64,000 nt of DNA. It comes from an uncultured bacterium. GTDB taxonomy: Bacteria; Babelota; Babeliae; Babelales; Babelaceae. This document shows positions 50,157 to 60,401 of the stretch, piece by piece. Below the pieces are notes generated by a model. It had not been told where the DNA came from, searched no databases, and saw nothing but the letters and a program-made list of their open reading frames with translations. How positions within the stretch are numbered: position 1 is the first letter of the stretch; every line of letters begins with the position of its first letter. The position numbers were made by a program, and so were the translations under genes. Location: the NCBI GenBank assembly GCA_963717435.1, contig OY970332.1, positions 512,001 to 576,000 on the forward strand, given 5' to 3'.

Positions 50157-51455
50157 TTATAACAATAAACTCTTATAAAAATTTTGTTCATTAGTTTGGC
50201 CAAAAGCATACTCAAGCGGGAATTTTTCGCAAATCTTTTTTGCCTGATCCTTTATTTGTGCAAGTTTAACTGGAGCTTCATGATTTTTAATAACTTCATC
50301 AATTAAATAAACAAGTTCTTGGACCTCTGAATTTTTCAAGCCTCTTGTTGTAACAGCGGGCGTCCCGATTCTAATTCCACTTGTGATCCATGGCTTTTCG
50401 GTATCAAACGGGATCGTGCTTCTGCTGATAGTAATCCCCGCGGCTGAAAGAGCGCGCTCAGCCTGAAGCCCATTTATATTTTTCGATCTTAAATCTAAAA
50501 CAAATAAATGGTTGTCTGTTCCACCCGAAACAATTCTATATCCCAAATCTTTAAAAGTTTGGGCCATAGTTTTTGCATTACTAACAATTTGCTTTTGATA
50601 TTGAACAAAATCTGGCTTTAGCGCCAATTCAAATGCTACTGCTTTTGCCGCAATAACGTTCATTAGTGGCCCACCCTGAAGCGTGGGAAAAACTGCCTTA
50701 TCAAGAGCAGTGGCAAATTCTGGTTTGCACATCGCCAGGGCACCACGTGGGCCGCGTAAAGTTTTGTGTGTTGTACTTGTTATAAAGTCAGCATAACCAA
50801 CTGGTGTCGGGTGAATTTTGGCGGCAACAAGACCGGCAATATGCGCTATATCTGCCAAAAACAAAGCGCCGCAAGATTTTGCGATATTAGAAAATTTTTC
50901 AAAGTCTATAATTTTTGAATATGCAGATGCGCCTGCGATTATTAATTTAGGCCTATGCTGTTGCGCTAACTCTTCTATCGCATGATAATCAAGCTCTTCT
51001 GTTTTTGGATCAACAAAATATTGAACAGATTTATAAACCGCTCCAGAAAAATTTGCATTATGACCATGAGTTAAATGCCCGCCTGCAGACAGGCTCATGC
51101 CCATTACAGTGTCGCCAGGTTTTAGTGACGCAAAATAGACAGCCATATTGGCCTGCGATCCGGCATGTGGCTGAACATTAACATGTATATTAGTTTGTGA
51201 GTCCGTCTTAAATAACTCACGGCAACGTGATTGCGCAAGTTCTTCAACTTTATCCACAAATTGGCAGCCGCCATAATATCTTTTTCCCGGGTAACCCTCG
51301 GCGTATTTATTTGTTAAAATCGAGGCCGTGGCTTCCAAAACTGCTGGATGGGTGTAATTTTCTGAAGCAATTAAATCTATCTCTTGATTTTGTCTTTTAG
51401 CTTCTTGATCTATTAATTTTGCAATTTCAGGATCAAATTTTTCTAAATTTTTCAT
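50157..51455 (-). CDS. glyA: Serine hydroxymethyltransferase
   Basis: LIASENY, NKYAEGYPGKRYYGG, GGHLTHG, TTHKTLRGPRG, SGIRIGT. Confidence 0.97.
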   Translation of the reverse strand: MKNLEKFDPEIAKLIDQEAKRQNQEIDLIASENYTHPAVLEATASILTNKYAEGYPGKRYYGGCQFVDKVEELAQSRCRELFKTDSQTNIHVNVQPHAGSQANMAVYFASLKPGDTVMGMSLSAGGHLTHGHNANFSGAVYKSVQYFVDPKTEELDYHAIEELAQQHRPKLIIAGASAYSKIIDFEKFSNIAKSCGALFLADIAHIAGLVAAKIHPTPVGYADFITSTTHKTLRGPRGALAMCKPEFATALDKAVFPTLQGGPLMNVIAAKAVAFELALKPDFVQYQKQIVSNAKTMAQTFKDLGYRIVSGGTDNHLFVLDLRSKNINGLQAERALSAAGITISRSTIPFDTEKPWITSGIRIGTPAVTTRGLKNSEVQELVYLIDEVIKNHEAPVKLAQIKDQAKKICEKFPLEYAFGQTNEQNFYKSLLL

Positions 51456-51462
51456 AATTTTT

Positions 51463-51863
51463 TTATCCCAATATATTTTCGCAAGCCTCAAGAAGCTCAT
51501 CACAAATCTCCATGCAATCACTGCATGCATCAGTTAGATTTTTATCAATACGACCTGAAAATTTTATTATCTCGCCGCACTTTTTAACAACTTCCCCCGA
51601 TTTTGAAATAGATTCCTGCAGTTCTTCTGTATCCACTTTTTTATTGAATTCAAGTTCATATTTTGCAGCTTTAATATATTGCTCGATATTTTTTACGGTT
51701 TGGTGGCATTGAGCAACTGTTTGTTCGATTATTTTTCTAATATTATTATCTTTTTTTCGACCGCATCGATTATATTTTTGCAGCCCTGAATACATAGATT
51801 GCACTGCTTCACGCAATTTTGGTTTGCCAATACATATTCTCTATTTTCCATATTGCTTTTCAT
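51463..51863 (-). CDS. Cys-rich four-helix-bundle protein (DUF326/copper-storage-like), split by a 1-nt frameshift
   Basis: AGGAG RBS and ATG at 51863; CVKQCNLCIQGC in the 5' frame and CSDCMEIC in the 3' frame; one more base in the run at 51751-51757 fuses them. Confidence 0.6.
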
Positions 51864-51945
51864 ATTAGTCTCCTAAAATTTATTCTGAATAAAAATTTAA
51901 ACAAAAGCTTAGCAGCAGCTATTGTTTAAGCAAATTTTATATATA

Positions 51946-51974
51946 TTGACAGGTTTGAAGTAATAATATAGCCT
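51946..51974 (+). promoter_or_regulatory. Candidate sigma70 promoter
   Basis: TTGACA-17 nt-TAGCCT. Confidence 0.55.
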
Positions 51975-52241
51975 AGTTACATAATTAGTTCTTATACGAG
52001 TGGGTGACCATGAACCTGTTTTTATCTTATTTTATGTGTCGAAATTTTTCTGCAGCTACCTTTGTAGCTTCCCCCTGGCGTATCTAATTTTCCAGTCTTG
52101 AAATCTCAAGATTTTTTTAATTCAAATAAATTTATATTTATCAACTATTCTTTCTCTTGGTGGCCGTGAGGCCAAATTAATACTTTTTTAAATTAATTTT
52201 ACTGTTTTTATTTAAATTTTAATTTTGAAAGAAAGACTAAC

Positions 52242-53135
52242 GTGAAAAATATATTATTAGTTTGTTTAGTTTCATTTTCTATTTTTTCTATGGAGAACGC
52301 CGATATATCTGACGCTATTTCCTCTGAAAATAAATATACGTTCCGGCAAGCCTGTGAACAAGATTTGCTGGAATTGCTAGAGTTAATTAATACTCAGGCG
52401 ATTCATGACAAAAATAAAATCGTTATTTTGCCTAAAAAATTTAGGGAAATGATTTTAAAAAAAACAATAGGATCGGGACGTTTATTTGTGGCATTAGATG
52501 AAAATCGAAAAATTGTCGGTTATAAAAAACTTTTTTTGATTACAGATGAATCTGAAAAGCAAGCTATTTTGCAAGACGAAATAAGATGTCTGGCAGGAGG
52601 AGTAAAAAAGTACTCGGGGTTTATTGATGAGTCTTTTAATTTTAGGCAGGAGTCTAGACAGGAAGATAACAAAGATATTTTGGATGCTGATAAATTCTAT
52701 GACGTTTGTATCTATAATGGCGGTGATTATACCCTTCCACAAAGTAGAGACCAGGGTATAAATTCAAAATTAACAGACGCATCTTTAAGGTATTTAAAGC
52801 CAATAATTCTTGATTATTTAAAAGCCAAAAATGCCAATAAGGTTTCTATGTTTTATGGAATAACAGATGAAAATTCGGGGGATTTTCCAGGACATAAGAA
52901 TGATCGAACGGTATCAATAAGTAAATCTTTTATAAAATTTATAAAATCTTTAAAGGATTCCGATCTTAAAGGCTTTGACTTTGAAGATATTGTCCTAAAA
53001 TACAAAAGATATCAGGCATTTATGCCAACATTTGATCCGGAATCAACTGAATTGGCGCCATTGCCCGATGATCAATCTATCTCAGGAAATGGTTGTGTTT
53101 TAACATATGAATTTCAAGAAAGAATTTATGAATAA
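52242..53135 (+). CDS. Secreted hypothetical protein, GNAT-like
   Basis: Signal peptide; FRQA..DL..LLELI, LFVA...IVGY, TLPQSRDQGINSKL (acetyl-CoA motif A-like). Confidence 0.6.
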   Translation: MKNILLVCLVSFSIFSMENADISDAISSENKYTFRQACEQDLLELLELINTQAIHDKNKIVILPKKFREMILKKTIGSGRLFVALDENRKIVGYKKLFLITDESEKQAILQDEIRCLAGGVKKYSGFIDESFNFRQESRQEDNKDILDADKFYDVCIYNGGDYTLPQSRDQGINSKLTDASLRYLKPIILDYLKAKNANKVSMFYGITDENSGDFPGHKNDRTVSISKSFIKFIKSLKDSDLKGFDFEDIVLKYKRYQAFMPTFDPESTELAPLPDDQSISGNGCVLTYEFQERIYE

Positions 53136-54453
53136 AAAAATAATTTTTAGTTTTATTTTTTTGAATTTAAGCTTAGTGCTTTTTAATTTATTTAAACAAA
53201 ACAAAAATTTTCAGATGGGCCATTCAGGCTCATCTGAAACATCAATCGATAATCAAATGATTAAATTTTTACAGTATTATGTAAAAATCGATACAACCCA
53301 TCCAAAACCGGATTATGATAAAGCTATAGATTTTTTAAGAAATCAGGCACAAAGAGATGGTTTTTTGAGTCAAGAAATTAAACTCACTTCTGGTAAAAAA
53401 GTTTTGGTTATAACTTATCCTGGTAAAAATTATGGTAAAGACAAAAATTTAAAATCTTTGGCTCTTAATCATCATATGGATGTTGTGCCGGCTGATGGTA
53501 AAAACTGGATCAAGCCACCTTTTTCCGGAGAAATTTATAATGATTCGATTATTGGGCGTGGCACACAAGATATGAAGGGTATAGCTGCTGTTCATTATTT
53601 CGCATTAAAACAGCTAAAAGATTCTGGCATAACGCCAAACCGAACCATACATATTTTTGCTGTTCCTGACGAAGAGATAGGCGGTTTTTCCGGGACAAAA
53701 GAGTTTGTTGAGACCAATGAATTTAAAAGTTTAAATGTGGGTTATGTTCTTGATGAAGGGCACGCTTCAGGAGATTCTAGTTGTTTGGATATTAAAGTTG
53801 CTGAAAGAAAGCCCATTCAAGTTCAAATAACTAGCTTAGGTAAGCTTTATCATGGATCAAAATTAATGTGCGATAATTCTATACATAATTTAATTAATTT
53901 TTTAAAAAATATTGTTGATATTCATACTGGCCAACAATTAAAGATAAAAAATAATAGGACAAATATTCAGGCTGGAGAGCTTTTATCTTGTAATATTACT
54001 TCTTTGACCTCTGGAGTAAAAAAAGAAAACGGTCACACAGCCCTTAATATGGTTCCTGATGTTGCAACAGCTACAATCGACTTTCGTGTACCATGTAGCA
54101 TGAAAAATAAAAATGTAATTTCTATGTTTGAGAATATTTTAGTCGATTATCCAGCAATAAATTATGAAATTTTGGCTCAGGCGACAGAAGAGCCTGAAAT
54201 AGTTAATTTCAATAATGAATTTTATCAGACTTTGGTTAAAACTATAAAAAAATTTAATTTAGAATCGAGGCCCCATTTTTTTGAAGCTTCTAGTGATTTA
54301 AGGTTTTACCAAGATTTGGGCATATTGGGGCTTGGGTTGACTCCATTTACTATAGAAGATAATATTCACGGCACTAATGAATCTGTGCCAGTTAATGAGT
54401 TAATTAATGCAAAAAATATAGTCCTACAGTTTTTGAAAGATTTTTGCACATGA
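53128..54453 (+). CDS. M20 family aminoacylase (aminoacylase-1-like) with N-terminal signal/anchor
   Basis: LNHHMDVVP, GRGTQDMK, VPDEEIGG, LDEG, SDLRF, IHGTNE. Confidence 0.88.
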   Translation: MNKKIIFSFIFLNLSLVLFNLFKQNKNFQMGHSGSSETSIDNQMIKFLQYYVKIDTTHPKPDYDKAIDFLRNQAQRDGFLSQEIKLTSGKKVLVITYPGKNYGKDKNLKSLALNHHMDVVPADGKNWIKPPFSGEIYNDSIIGRGTQDMKGIAAVHYFALKQLKDSGITPNRTIHIFAVPDEEIGGFSGTKEFVETNEFKSLNVGYVLDEGHASGDSSCLDIKVAERKPIQVQITSLGKLYHGSKLMCDNSIHNLINFLKNIVDIHTGQQLKIKNNRTNIQAGELLSCNITSLTSGVKKENGHTALNMVPDVATATIDFRVPCSMKNKNVISMFENILVDYPAINYEILAQATEEPEIVNFNNEFYQTLVKTIKKFNLESRPHFFEASSDLRFYQDLGILGLGLTPFTIEDNIHGTNESVPVNELINAKNIVLQFLKDFCT

Positions 54454-54529
54454 GCATAATCCCTTGCGTATATTAAGAAGCTATGTAATATAAAAATTAT
54501 ATTTAAATATAATTTACGGGGGAGTTACC

Positions 54530-55450
54530 TTGGAAAAATTTAATAATATATTTTTAATAGTAGTTTTAAGTTTTATTCCGGGATGTTTTTTTTACAAAAA
54601 AAATGTCACTCCTGCTGTCGGCAAAACAGATAAGGTAACAGTTTCTGTTCATGGAACTCTTCCCCCCGTTGCAAGAAATTTTGTAAATGCGCTAGAATCT
54701 CCAAAGGGGTTATGCCCACTTATGGAGAGACCAAATGCGTTGGTTCTAAGCAGGATGGGTTATGTGCTGCATGAGACCGACCCAAAAATGTTTCCCGCTG
54801 AGACATTTTATCTTTATGGATGGTCGGGCAAATTATGCTTTGAAGAACGTGAAATTACAGCAGAAGATTTATATAAAGCTTTAAAGAAATTATCCGGTAA
54901 AATTACGCTTATCGGTCATAGCCATGGCGGCAATGTGATATTAAATCTGGCTCGGGTTGCCGAAAAATACAATGACAAAAATTTTAGAATTCACAGAATA
55001 ATTTTATTAGCGACGCCCATACAGGAAGTATATGAAAACTTAGAAAAATCTCCTGTTTTTGAAAATATCATATCGATTTATTCAAACACAGATGTTATTC
55101 AGGTCCTGGATCCTCAGGGCCTATATCAAAAAACAAAAGAACATAAAAAGATAAATGGCACAGATAATTCAAAGTCTCCGATGTTTTCAACAAGACTGCT
55201 TCCAGATAACCCCAAAATTAAGCAGGTCAGAGTCTTGCTGAACAAAACCAATCCGGGCCATATGGATTTTGTCAGGGCCAAATTCTTAAGGGCTCTGCCT
55301 AAAATCTTGAAGCTTATTGATAATGCTCCTGAGGGCCAACGCCGCTTTATTGTCAATATTGACCGTCGAGGTGAGCCATATTTTGTCAAAGCTGTACAAA
55401 GGGGGGACGGCCGGCGAGTATATGTCCCAATTGATTCCAAAACGGCGTGA
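54530..55450 (+). CDS. Alpha/beta hydrolase, putative lipoprotein
   Basis: FIPGC lipobox-like site, VHGT, GHSHGG, LATP, GH. Confidence 0.8.
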   Translation: MEKFNNIFLIVVLSFIPGCFFYKKNVTPAVGKTDKVTVSVHGTLPPVARNFVNALESPKGLCPLMERPNALVLSRMGYVLHETDPKMFPAETFYLYGWSGKLCFEEREITAEDLYKALKKLSGKITLIGHSHGGNVILNLARVAEKYNDKNFRIHRIILLATPIQEVYENLEKSPVFENIISIYSNTDVIQVLDPQGLYQKTKEHKKINGTDNSKSPMFSTRLLPDNPKIKQVRVLLNKTNPGHMDFVRAKFLRALPKILKLIDNAPEGQRRFIVNIDRRGEPYFVKAVQRGDGRRVYVPIDSKTA

Positions 55451-55456
55451 TTTACG

Positions 55457-55530
55457 CCTCGGCGCTCGCCCTGAGTGTTTTTCGTAGCTCTTTAGAGCGT
55501 AGAAAAATGTATCGAATGGGTGCGCCGGGG
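55457..55530 (+). repeat. Palindromic repeat copy 7 (intergenic, upstream of efp)
   Basis: cctcggcgctcg-CCCT-gagtg-tttttcgtagctctttagagcgtagaaaaa-tgtatcga-ATGGG-tgcgccgggg. Confidence 0.9.
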
Positions 55531-55621
55531 AAAAATAGCCCGTGTTTGCTTTTTTATCACTATTTTTTATACTTAAAAAATAAAGAAATTATAAAATAGC
55601 CTTATTATAAAGGAAAAAATC

Positions 55622-56194
55622 GTGATATTAGCCGGCGATTTGCGTAAGGGCTCTAAATTACTGTTCAGAAATGAGCCATATATAGTGATAGATTTTCAGC
55701 AAGTTAAACCTGGAAAAGGCGGTACGTACATGCGTACCAAGATGAAAAATCTTATTACGGGTTTAATGCATGAAGAAACATTTAACTCCAGCGAAAAATT
55801 GGAGTCTCCAGATTTAGAATTCCGTGAAGTAATGTATGCCTATAAAGATGGCGACAACTATCAGTTTATAGATCAAGAGAGCTATGAAGAGCTTAGTTTC
55901 ACAAAAAAACAGCTAGCAGATGTGGTTGATTTTTTGAAAGAACAAGAAATTTATACAGTTTTGAACTTTAACGGGCGCCCTATTGGCGTAACAGCCCCTA
56001 ATTTTATGGAACTAAAAGTTATAGAAACTGTTCCTGGTGTTCGTGGCGATACTGCCCAAGGTGCTGCAAATAAACCTGCAAAACTTGAAACTGGCATAAC
56101 AATTCAGGTGCCATTGTTTGTAGTTGAGGGGGATGTTTTAAAAGTTGATACTCGTGATGCAAGTTATATCGAACGTATAGATAAAAAGAAGTAA
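55622..56194 (+). CDS. efp: Elongation factor P
   Basis: VKPGKGG, PGVRGDTA, KPAKLETG, VPLFV, VDTR. Confidence 0.96.
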   Translation: MILAGDLRKGSKLLFRNEPYIVIDFQQVKPGKGGTYMRTKMKNLITGLMHEETFNSSEKLESPDLEFREVMYAYKDGDNYQFIDQESYEELSFTKKQLADVVDFLKEQEIYTVLNFNGRPIGVTAPNFMELKVIETVPGVRGDTAQGAANKPAKLETGITIQVPLFVVEGDVLKVDTRDASYIERIDKKK

Positions 56195-56219
56195 TTTATT
56201 TTTCCGATAGGTCTTTGAT

Positions 56220-56690
56220 ATGTGCTGTGATATGGATGGTTTTTGCGATCTACATAAAGAGGGAAGTATTATTGATTGCAGCCGGTTGTCGCAGCGTAGC
56301 CAGAGAGCAGTGGTTTTAAACCTGCTTTATGCCGCTGACTCATTCGATTATCAAAATAGTTTTGAGTCAATAGTAGACAATTTTTCACGTGGATTTGATA
56401 TAACAATAGATAAAGACAGCTATGTGTTTACTTGTGCATCTAATATCATAGAAAAACGAGAAGAGCTTGATGCGGCCCTTGTGCCATTAATGGAAAATTG
56501 GCGAATAGATCGTATCGGTTTGGTTACCAGGCTTATCTTGAGATTTGCAATCTGGGAATTAAAATACACAGAAACACCGCCTATTGTGGCCATAAATGAA
56601 GCAATTGAACTTGCTAAATGCTTTGGGGAAAAAGATTCTTATAAATTTGTCAATGGTGTTCTTGATGAGTTTGTGAAGAATCAAAAGTAA
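56220..56690 (+). CDS. nusB: Transcription antitermination factor NusB
   Basis: [28 protein letters not shown]. Confidence 0.92.
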   Translation: MCCDMDGFCDLHKEGSIIDCSRLSQRSQRAVVLNLLYAADSFDYQNSFESIVDNFSRGFDITIDKDSYVFTCASNIIEKREELDAALVPLMENWRIDRIGLVTRLILRFAIWELKYTETPPIVAINEAIELAKCFGEKDSYKFVNGVLDEFVKNQK

Positions 56691-56722
56691 TTTGTTAAAA
56701 TTTATTGTTAGGGAGTTTTGCT

Positions 56723-57049
56723 ATGACAAAGTTCAATTTTAAGCGTTTATTAGCTGTTTCAATGTTTGTTTTTCTTTTTTCTTTTGGCCCAGTTATTTAT
56801 TTATTATTATTTGGTCAATATCTTAATACAGCACAAATGATAGATTACGGTATCTATTTTAATTTTGTTTATGCTTTATTTCCGCTATTATTTTTAAAAT
56901 TTAATTGGAAAACAATCGACCCAGAAGGCAAGCTTAACTTTACTTGGTCTGCTTTCTTTAAAGTATATGGTGCGTTTTTAATTTTTAACTTGATCTGGTT
57001 GGTTATTAATTTGTTTTTTCAATCTAAATTATCGTCATTATTGTCGTAA
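56723..57049 (+). CDS. Small membrane protein (about 3 TM)
   Basis: GGGAG RBS, hydrophobic helices. Confidence 0.6.
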   Translation: MTKFNFKRLLAVSMFVFLFSFGPVIYLLLFGQYLNTAQMIDYGIYFNFVYALFPLLFLKFNWKTIDPEGKLNFTWSAFFKVYGAFLIFNLIWLVINLFFQSKLSSLLS

Positions 57050-57666
57050 CTTTGGGTATTATCTTTAAATTGTATATCTTCTTCTTCCAGCCAGTTTTTC
57101 CAGAATGGTGTAATCTTCTGATTAGAGTGTAATATAAGTTTATGACCAAATTTTTCAGCCAAATATTTTTCATCAAGAAGTTGATTTTGTAATTTGGCTA
57201 TTAATTCTGGCCTGTATTCTGTAAATTCCCAACAAATGTTTTTTAGTTCCCACACGATTTTATAGTTTGGGTTTACTATATCAAAAACTCTTTTTATATT
57301 TTTTAAGGCGCAATATGCTACAACTTGAAATTCAAGATCATCTAAGTATTTAGTATTTAAATTTGCACTTTCTGTGACTTCATAAACTAGCCCCTTTAAA
57401 AAATTATCGCGACCCTTTTTGGGTTTTATATTATTTCTTTTTACTAATCTATCTATAGATATTATTAAATTTTCAAAACCGGGCTTTTGAGCATGAAGCT
57501 TGATTGCCTGATTTAAATTTTTATAATTATGTTCAATAATAAAACTTTTGGTTTTTGAGCTTTTTATTAGTTTAAGTAGCTCGTGTTTGCCAGCGTTAAT
57601 ATCAAAATTAATGCTTAAATTAAGAGCTAATAAAAAAAAGATTATTTTTTTAAATTTATATAACAT
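57019..57666 (-). CDS. Secreted protein with candidate PD-(D/E)XK nuclease-like domain
   Basis: Signal peptide; GLVYE...RVFDIV...VWELKN...QL pattern. Confidence 0.5.
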   Translation of the reverse strand: MLYKFKKIIFFLLALNLSINFDINAGKHELLKLIKSSKTKSFIIEHNYKNLNQAIKLHAQKPGFENLIISIDRLVKRNNIKPKKGRDNFLKGLVYEVTESANLNTKYLDDLEFQVVAYCALKNIKRVFDIVNPNYKIVWELKNICWEFTEYRPELIAKLQNQLLDEKYLAEKFGHKLILHSNQKITPFWKNWLEEEDIQFKDNTQSYDNNDDNLD

Positions 57667-57792
57667 TATCGCGTCCCTTTTTTACTAATAACTAAAAAAA
57701 GCTAGTTACTTTGGTCAATAAATTATATAAAAATCTAAATTTTTAAATTAAAATTATTTTTATAGAATTTATAAAAATAATTTAGGAGTTTT

Positions 57793-60355
57793 ATGAATTT
57801 TGAAAATTTTACAACAGCCGCACAAGAACTTATTAATCAAGCTGCCAGCTTGGCAGTAAAGCTAAAAAACCCCGCACTTAAGCCATTGCACGTATTTGCA
57901 GTTTCTCTGGATAACGAATTTTGCAACTCTTTTTATAAACTTTTCAACTTTGATATAGAAAACCTAAAAAATATTACAGATACTGAACTTAAAAAGCTGC
58001 CAACAGTAGAAGGGGGCAAGCTTGTTGCCGATTATAATTTTGAAGAATTTTTAAACTCTTGCAAAAAAGAGAGCGAAACCTTAGAAGATAGTTATATTAG
58101 CTTAGAACATATTATGCTTACTTTCTTGCAAGACAATTATCTGCCCCAAAGTATATTAGAGATTTTCAAAAAAAATAATTTTAATAAAAGTTCAATTTTG
58201 TCTGCGATCGGGACAATTCGAAAGGGCAAAAAAGTGAAAGATAAAAACGCTGAAAAGCAGTACCAAATTCTTGAAAAATACTGTCAAAATATTACAAATC
58301 TAGCACGCGATGGCAAACTTGACCCAGTTATAGGCCGCCATGAAGAAATAAGACGCGTGATACAGATTTTATCAAGAAGAACAAAAAATAATCCCGTTTT
58401 AATTGGTGAGCCCGGTGTCGGTAAAACGGCAATTGTTGAAGGTATAGCTCAAAGAATAATAAACAACGATGTTCCAGAAAGCTTAAGAAACAGCACCATA
58501 TACTCGCTAGATTTGGGTCTATTAATAGCAGGTGCAAAATATCAGGGCGAATTTGAAGAGCGCCTAAAAGGTGTCTTGAAAGAGGTTGAAGAAAGCCCTG
58601 AGCAAATAATTTTATTTATAGATGAACTTCATATGCTCGTCGGAGCTGGCCAAACTGGTGGCGGCATGGATGCTTCTAATTTATTAAAACCTGCACTTGC
58701 GCGTGGAGTTTTGCACTGTATTGGCGCGACAACAATCAAAGAATATAAAAAATATATCGAAAAAGATGCTGCTCTTGAGCGCAGGTTCCAGAAAGTTCTT
58801 GTTGAAGAGCCGACAGTTGAAGACGCAATTTCTATATTACGGGGGCTAAAAGAAAAATATGAACTTCATCATGGAATCAGAATAAAAGATCAGGCTCTTG
58901 TTGATGCGGTTTTGTTATCCAAAAAAAATATTCCGGATAGATTTTTGCCCGACAAAGCTATTGATTTGGTTGACGAGGCAGCGGCTGTTGTCAAAATGAG
59001 ATTAGAATCGCAACCAGAAGAAATTGATCAGCTAGAGAGAAAAATCAGACAGCTAGAGATAGAAAAAGTTGCGCTTGCAAAGGAGAAAGATAACGCTATT
59101 TCAAAAAAGCGTCTAGAAGTTTTGGAAAAAGAGCTTTCAGAAATCAAAGAAAAGAATCAGACTTTAGTAAACCAGTGGAAAGCCGAGAAAGCGCCGCTTG
59201 AGCAGATCAGCAAAATTAAAGAAGATATTGAGCGTGCTCAAAACCAGTTCCAACAAGCAGAACGTGAAGGTGATTTTGCACGTGCCTCTGAAATAAAATA
59301 TGGCAAGCTTGTAAAGTTACAGCAGGATCTTGAAAAGCAACAAACTAAGCTTTCAAGTTTAAAAACTTCGTTAATAAAAGAAGAAGTTGATGAACGGGAT
59401 ATCGCAGCTGTATTATCACGTTGGACAGGAATTCCTGTGGAAAAACTTGAAGCTAGCGAGACAAGCAAAATTTTGAACATGCAAGATTTATTGCAAAAGA
59501 AAGTTATTGGCCAAGATGAGGCGATAAAAGCAATTTCGCAGGCAATTCAGATGCACAGAGCTGGGCTAACCGATCCAAACAGACCAATAGGTTCTTTCTT
59601 GTTTTTGGGACCAACAGGTGTTGGTAAAACTGAAGTTGCAAAGACGCTAGCGGATTTTCTTTTTGATGATCCAAAACGCATGATAAGAATTGATATGTCC
59701 GAGTATATGGAAAAGCATAGCGTTGCAAGACTTATCGGCGCGCCTCCGGGATATGTTGGTTATGAAGAAGGCGGCCAACTTACTGAAGCAGTAAGGCGCC
59801 ACCCGTATATCTGTTGTTCTTTTTGATGAAGTTGAAAAAGCAAACCCTGAAGTCTTTAATCTATTTTTACAAATTTTAGATGAAGGGCACCTGACAGACG
59901 GCCAGGGTCGTCAGGTTTCGTTTAAAAATTGCATAATTATTATGACATCAAATATCGGCTCAGACCTGGTTCTACAAGCAAAAGATATCACTGAAAAATT
60001 AAAAACAGAAATAATGGGCCTGCTACATAAAAATTTTAGGCCAGAATTTTTGAACAGAATTGAGTCGATAGTTTTCTTTAAGTCTTTAAGTCATGAAGAT
60101 GTTGTTAAGATAGCAAAAATTCAGCTAGAAGATCTACAAAAGAGACTTGCGCAACGCAATATAACTTTAAAATTCTCACAAGACGCTATCAATAAGCTTG
60201 CTGATTTGGGTTATGAAAAAGAGTTCGGTGCCCGCCCATTAAAACGTGCAATCACACAATATGTTACTGTGCCCTTATCTCAGTATTTACTCAAAAAACC
60301 TGAGGCGACGAAAATAGAAGTTGCTGTCAAAGATGGCGAGATTACTTTAGTTTAA
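57793..60355 (+). CDS. clpB: Chaperone ClpB (one frameshift at about 59809)
   Basis: [21 protein letters not shown], coiled-coil M domain, [22 protein letters not shown]; removing A59809 restores [13 protein letters not shown]. Confidence 0.96.
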
Positions 60356-60363
60356 ATTTAATA

Positions 60364-60383
60364 GGGGCGAGATTTATCGCCCC
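60364..60383. terminator. Hairpin terminator after clpB
   Basis: ggggcga-gattta-tcgcccc between convergent genes. Confidence 0.65.
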
Positions 60384-60401
60384 GAAAATAGTTTCGCTGT
60401 G

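Noticed and set aside
57667-57792. CIRCE/heat-shock operator upstream of clpB
   Set aside because: No TTAGCACTC-N9-GAGTGCTAA match visible.
59800-59830. Programmed frameshift in clpB
   Set aside because: No slippery sequence; a single extra base in a conserved motif, in a window with other indel errors.
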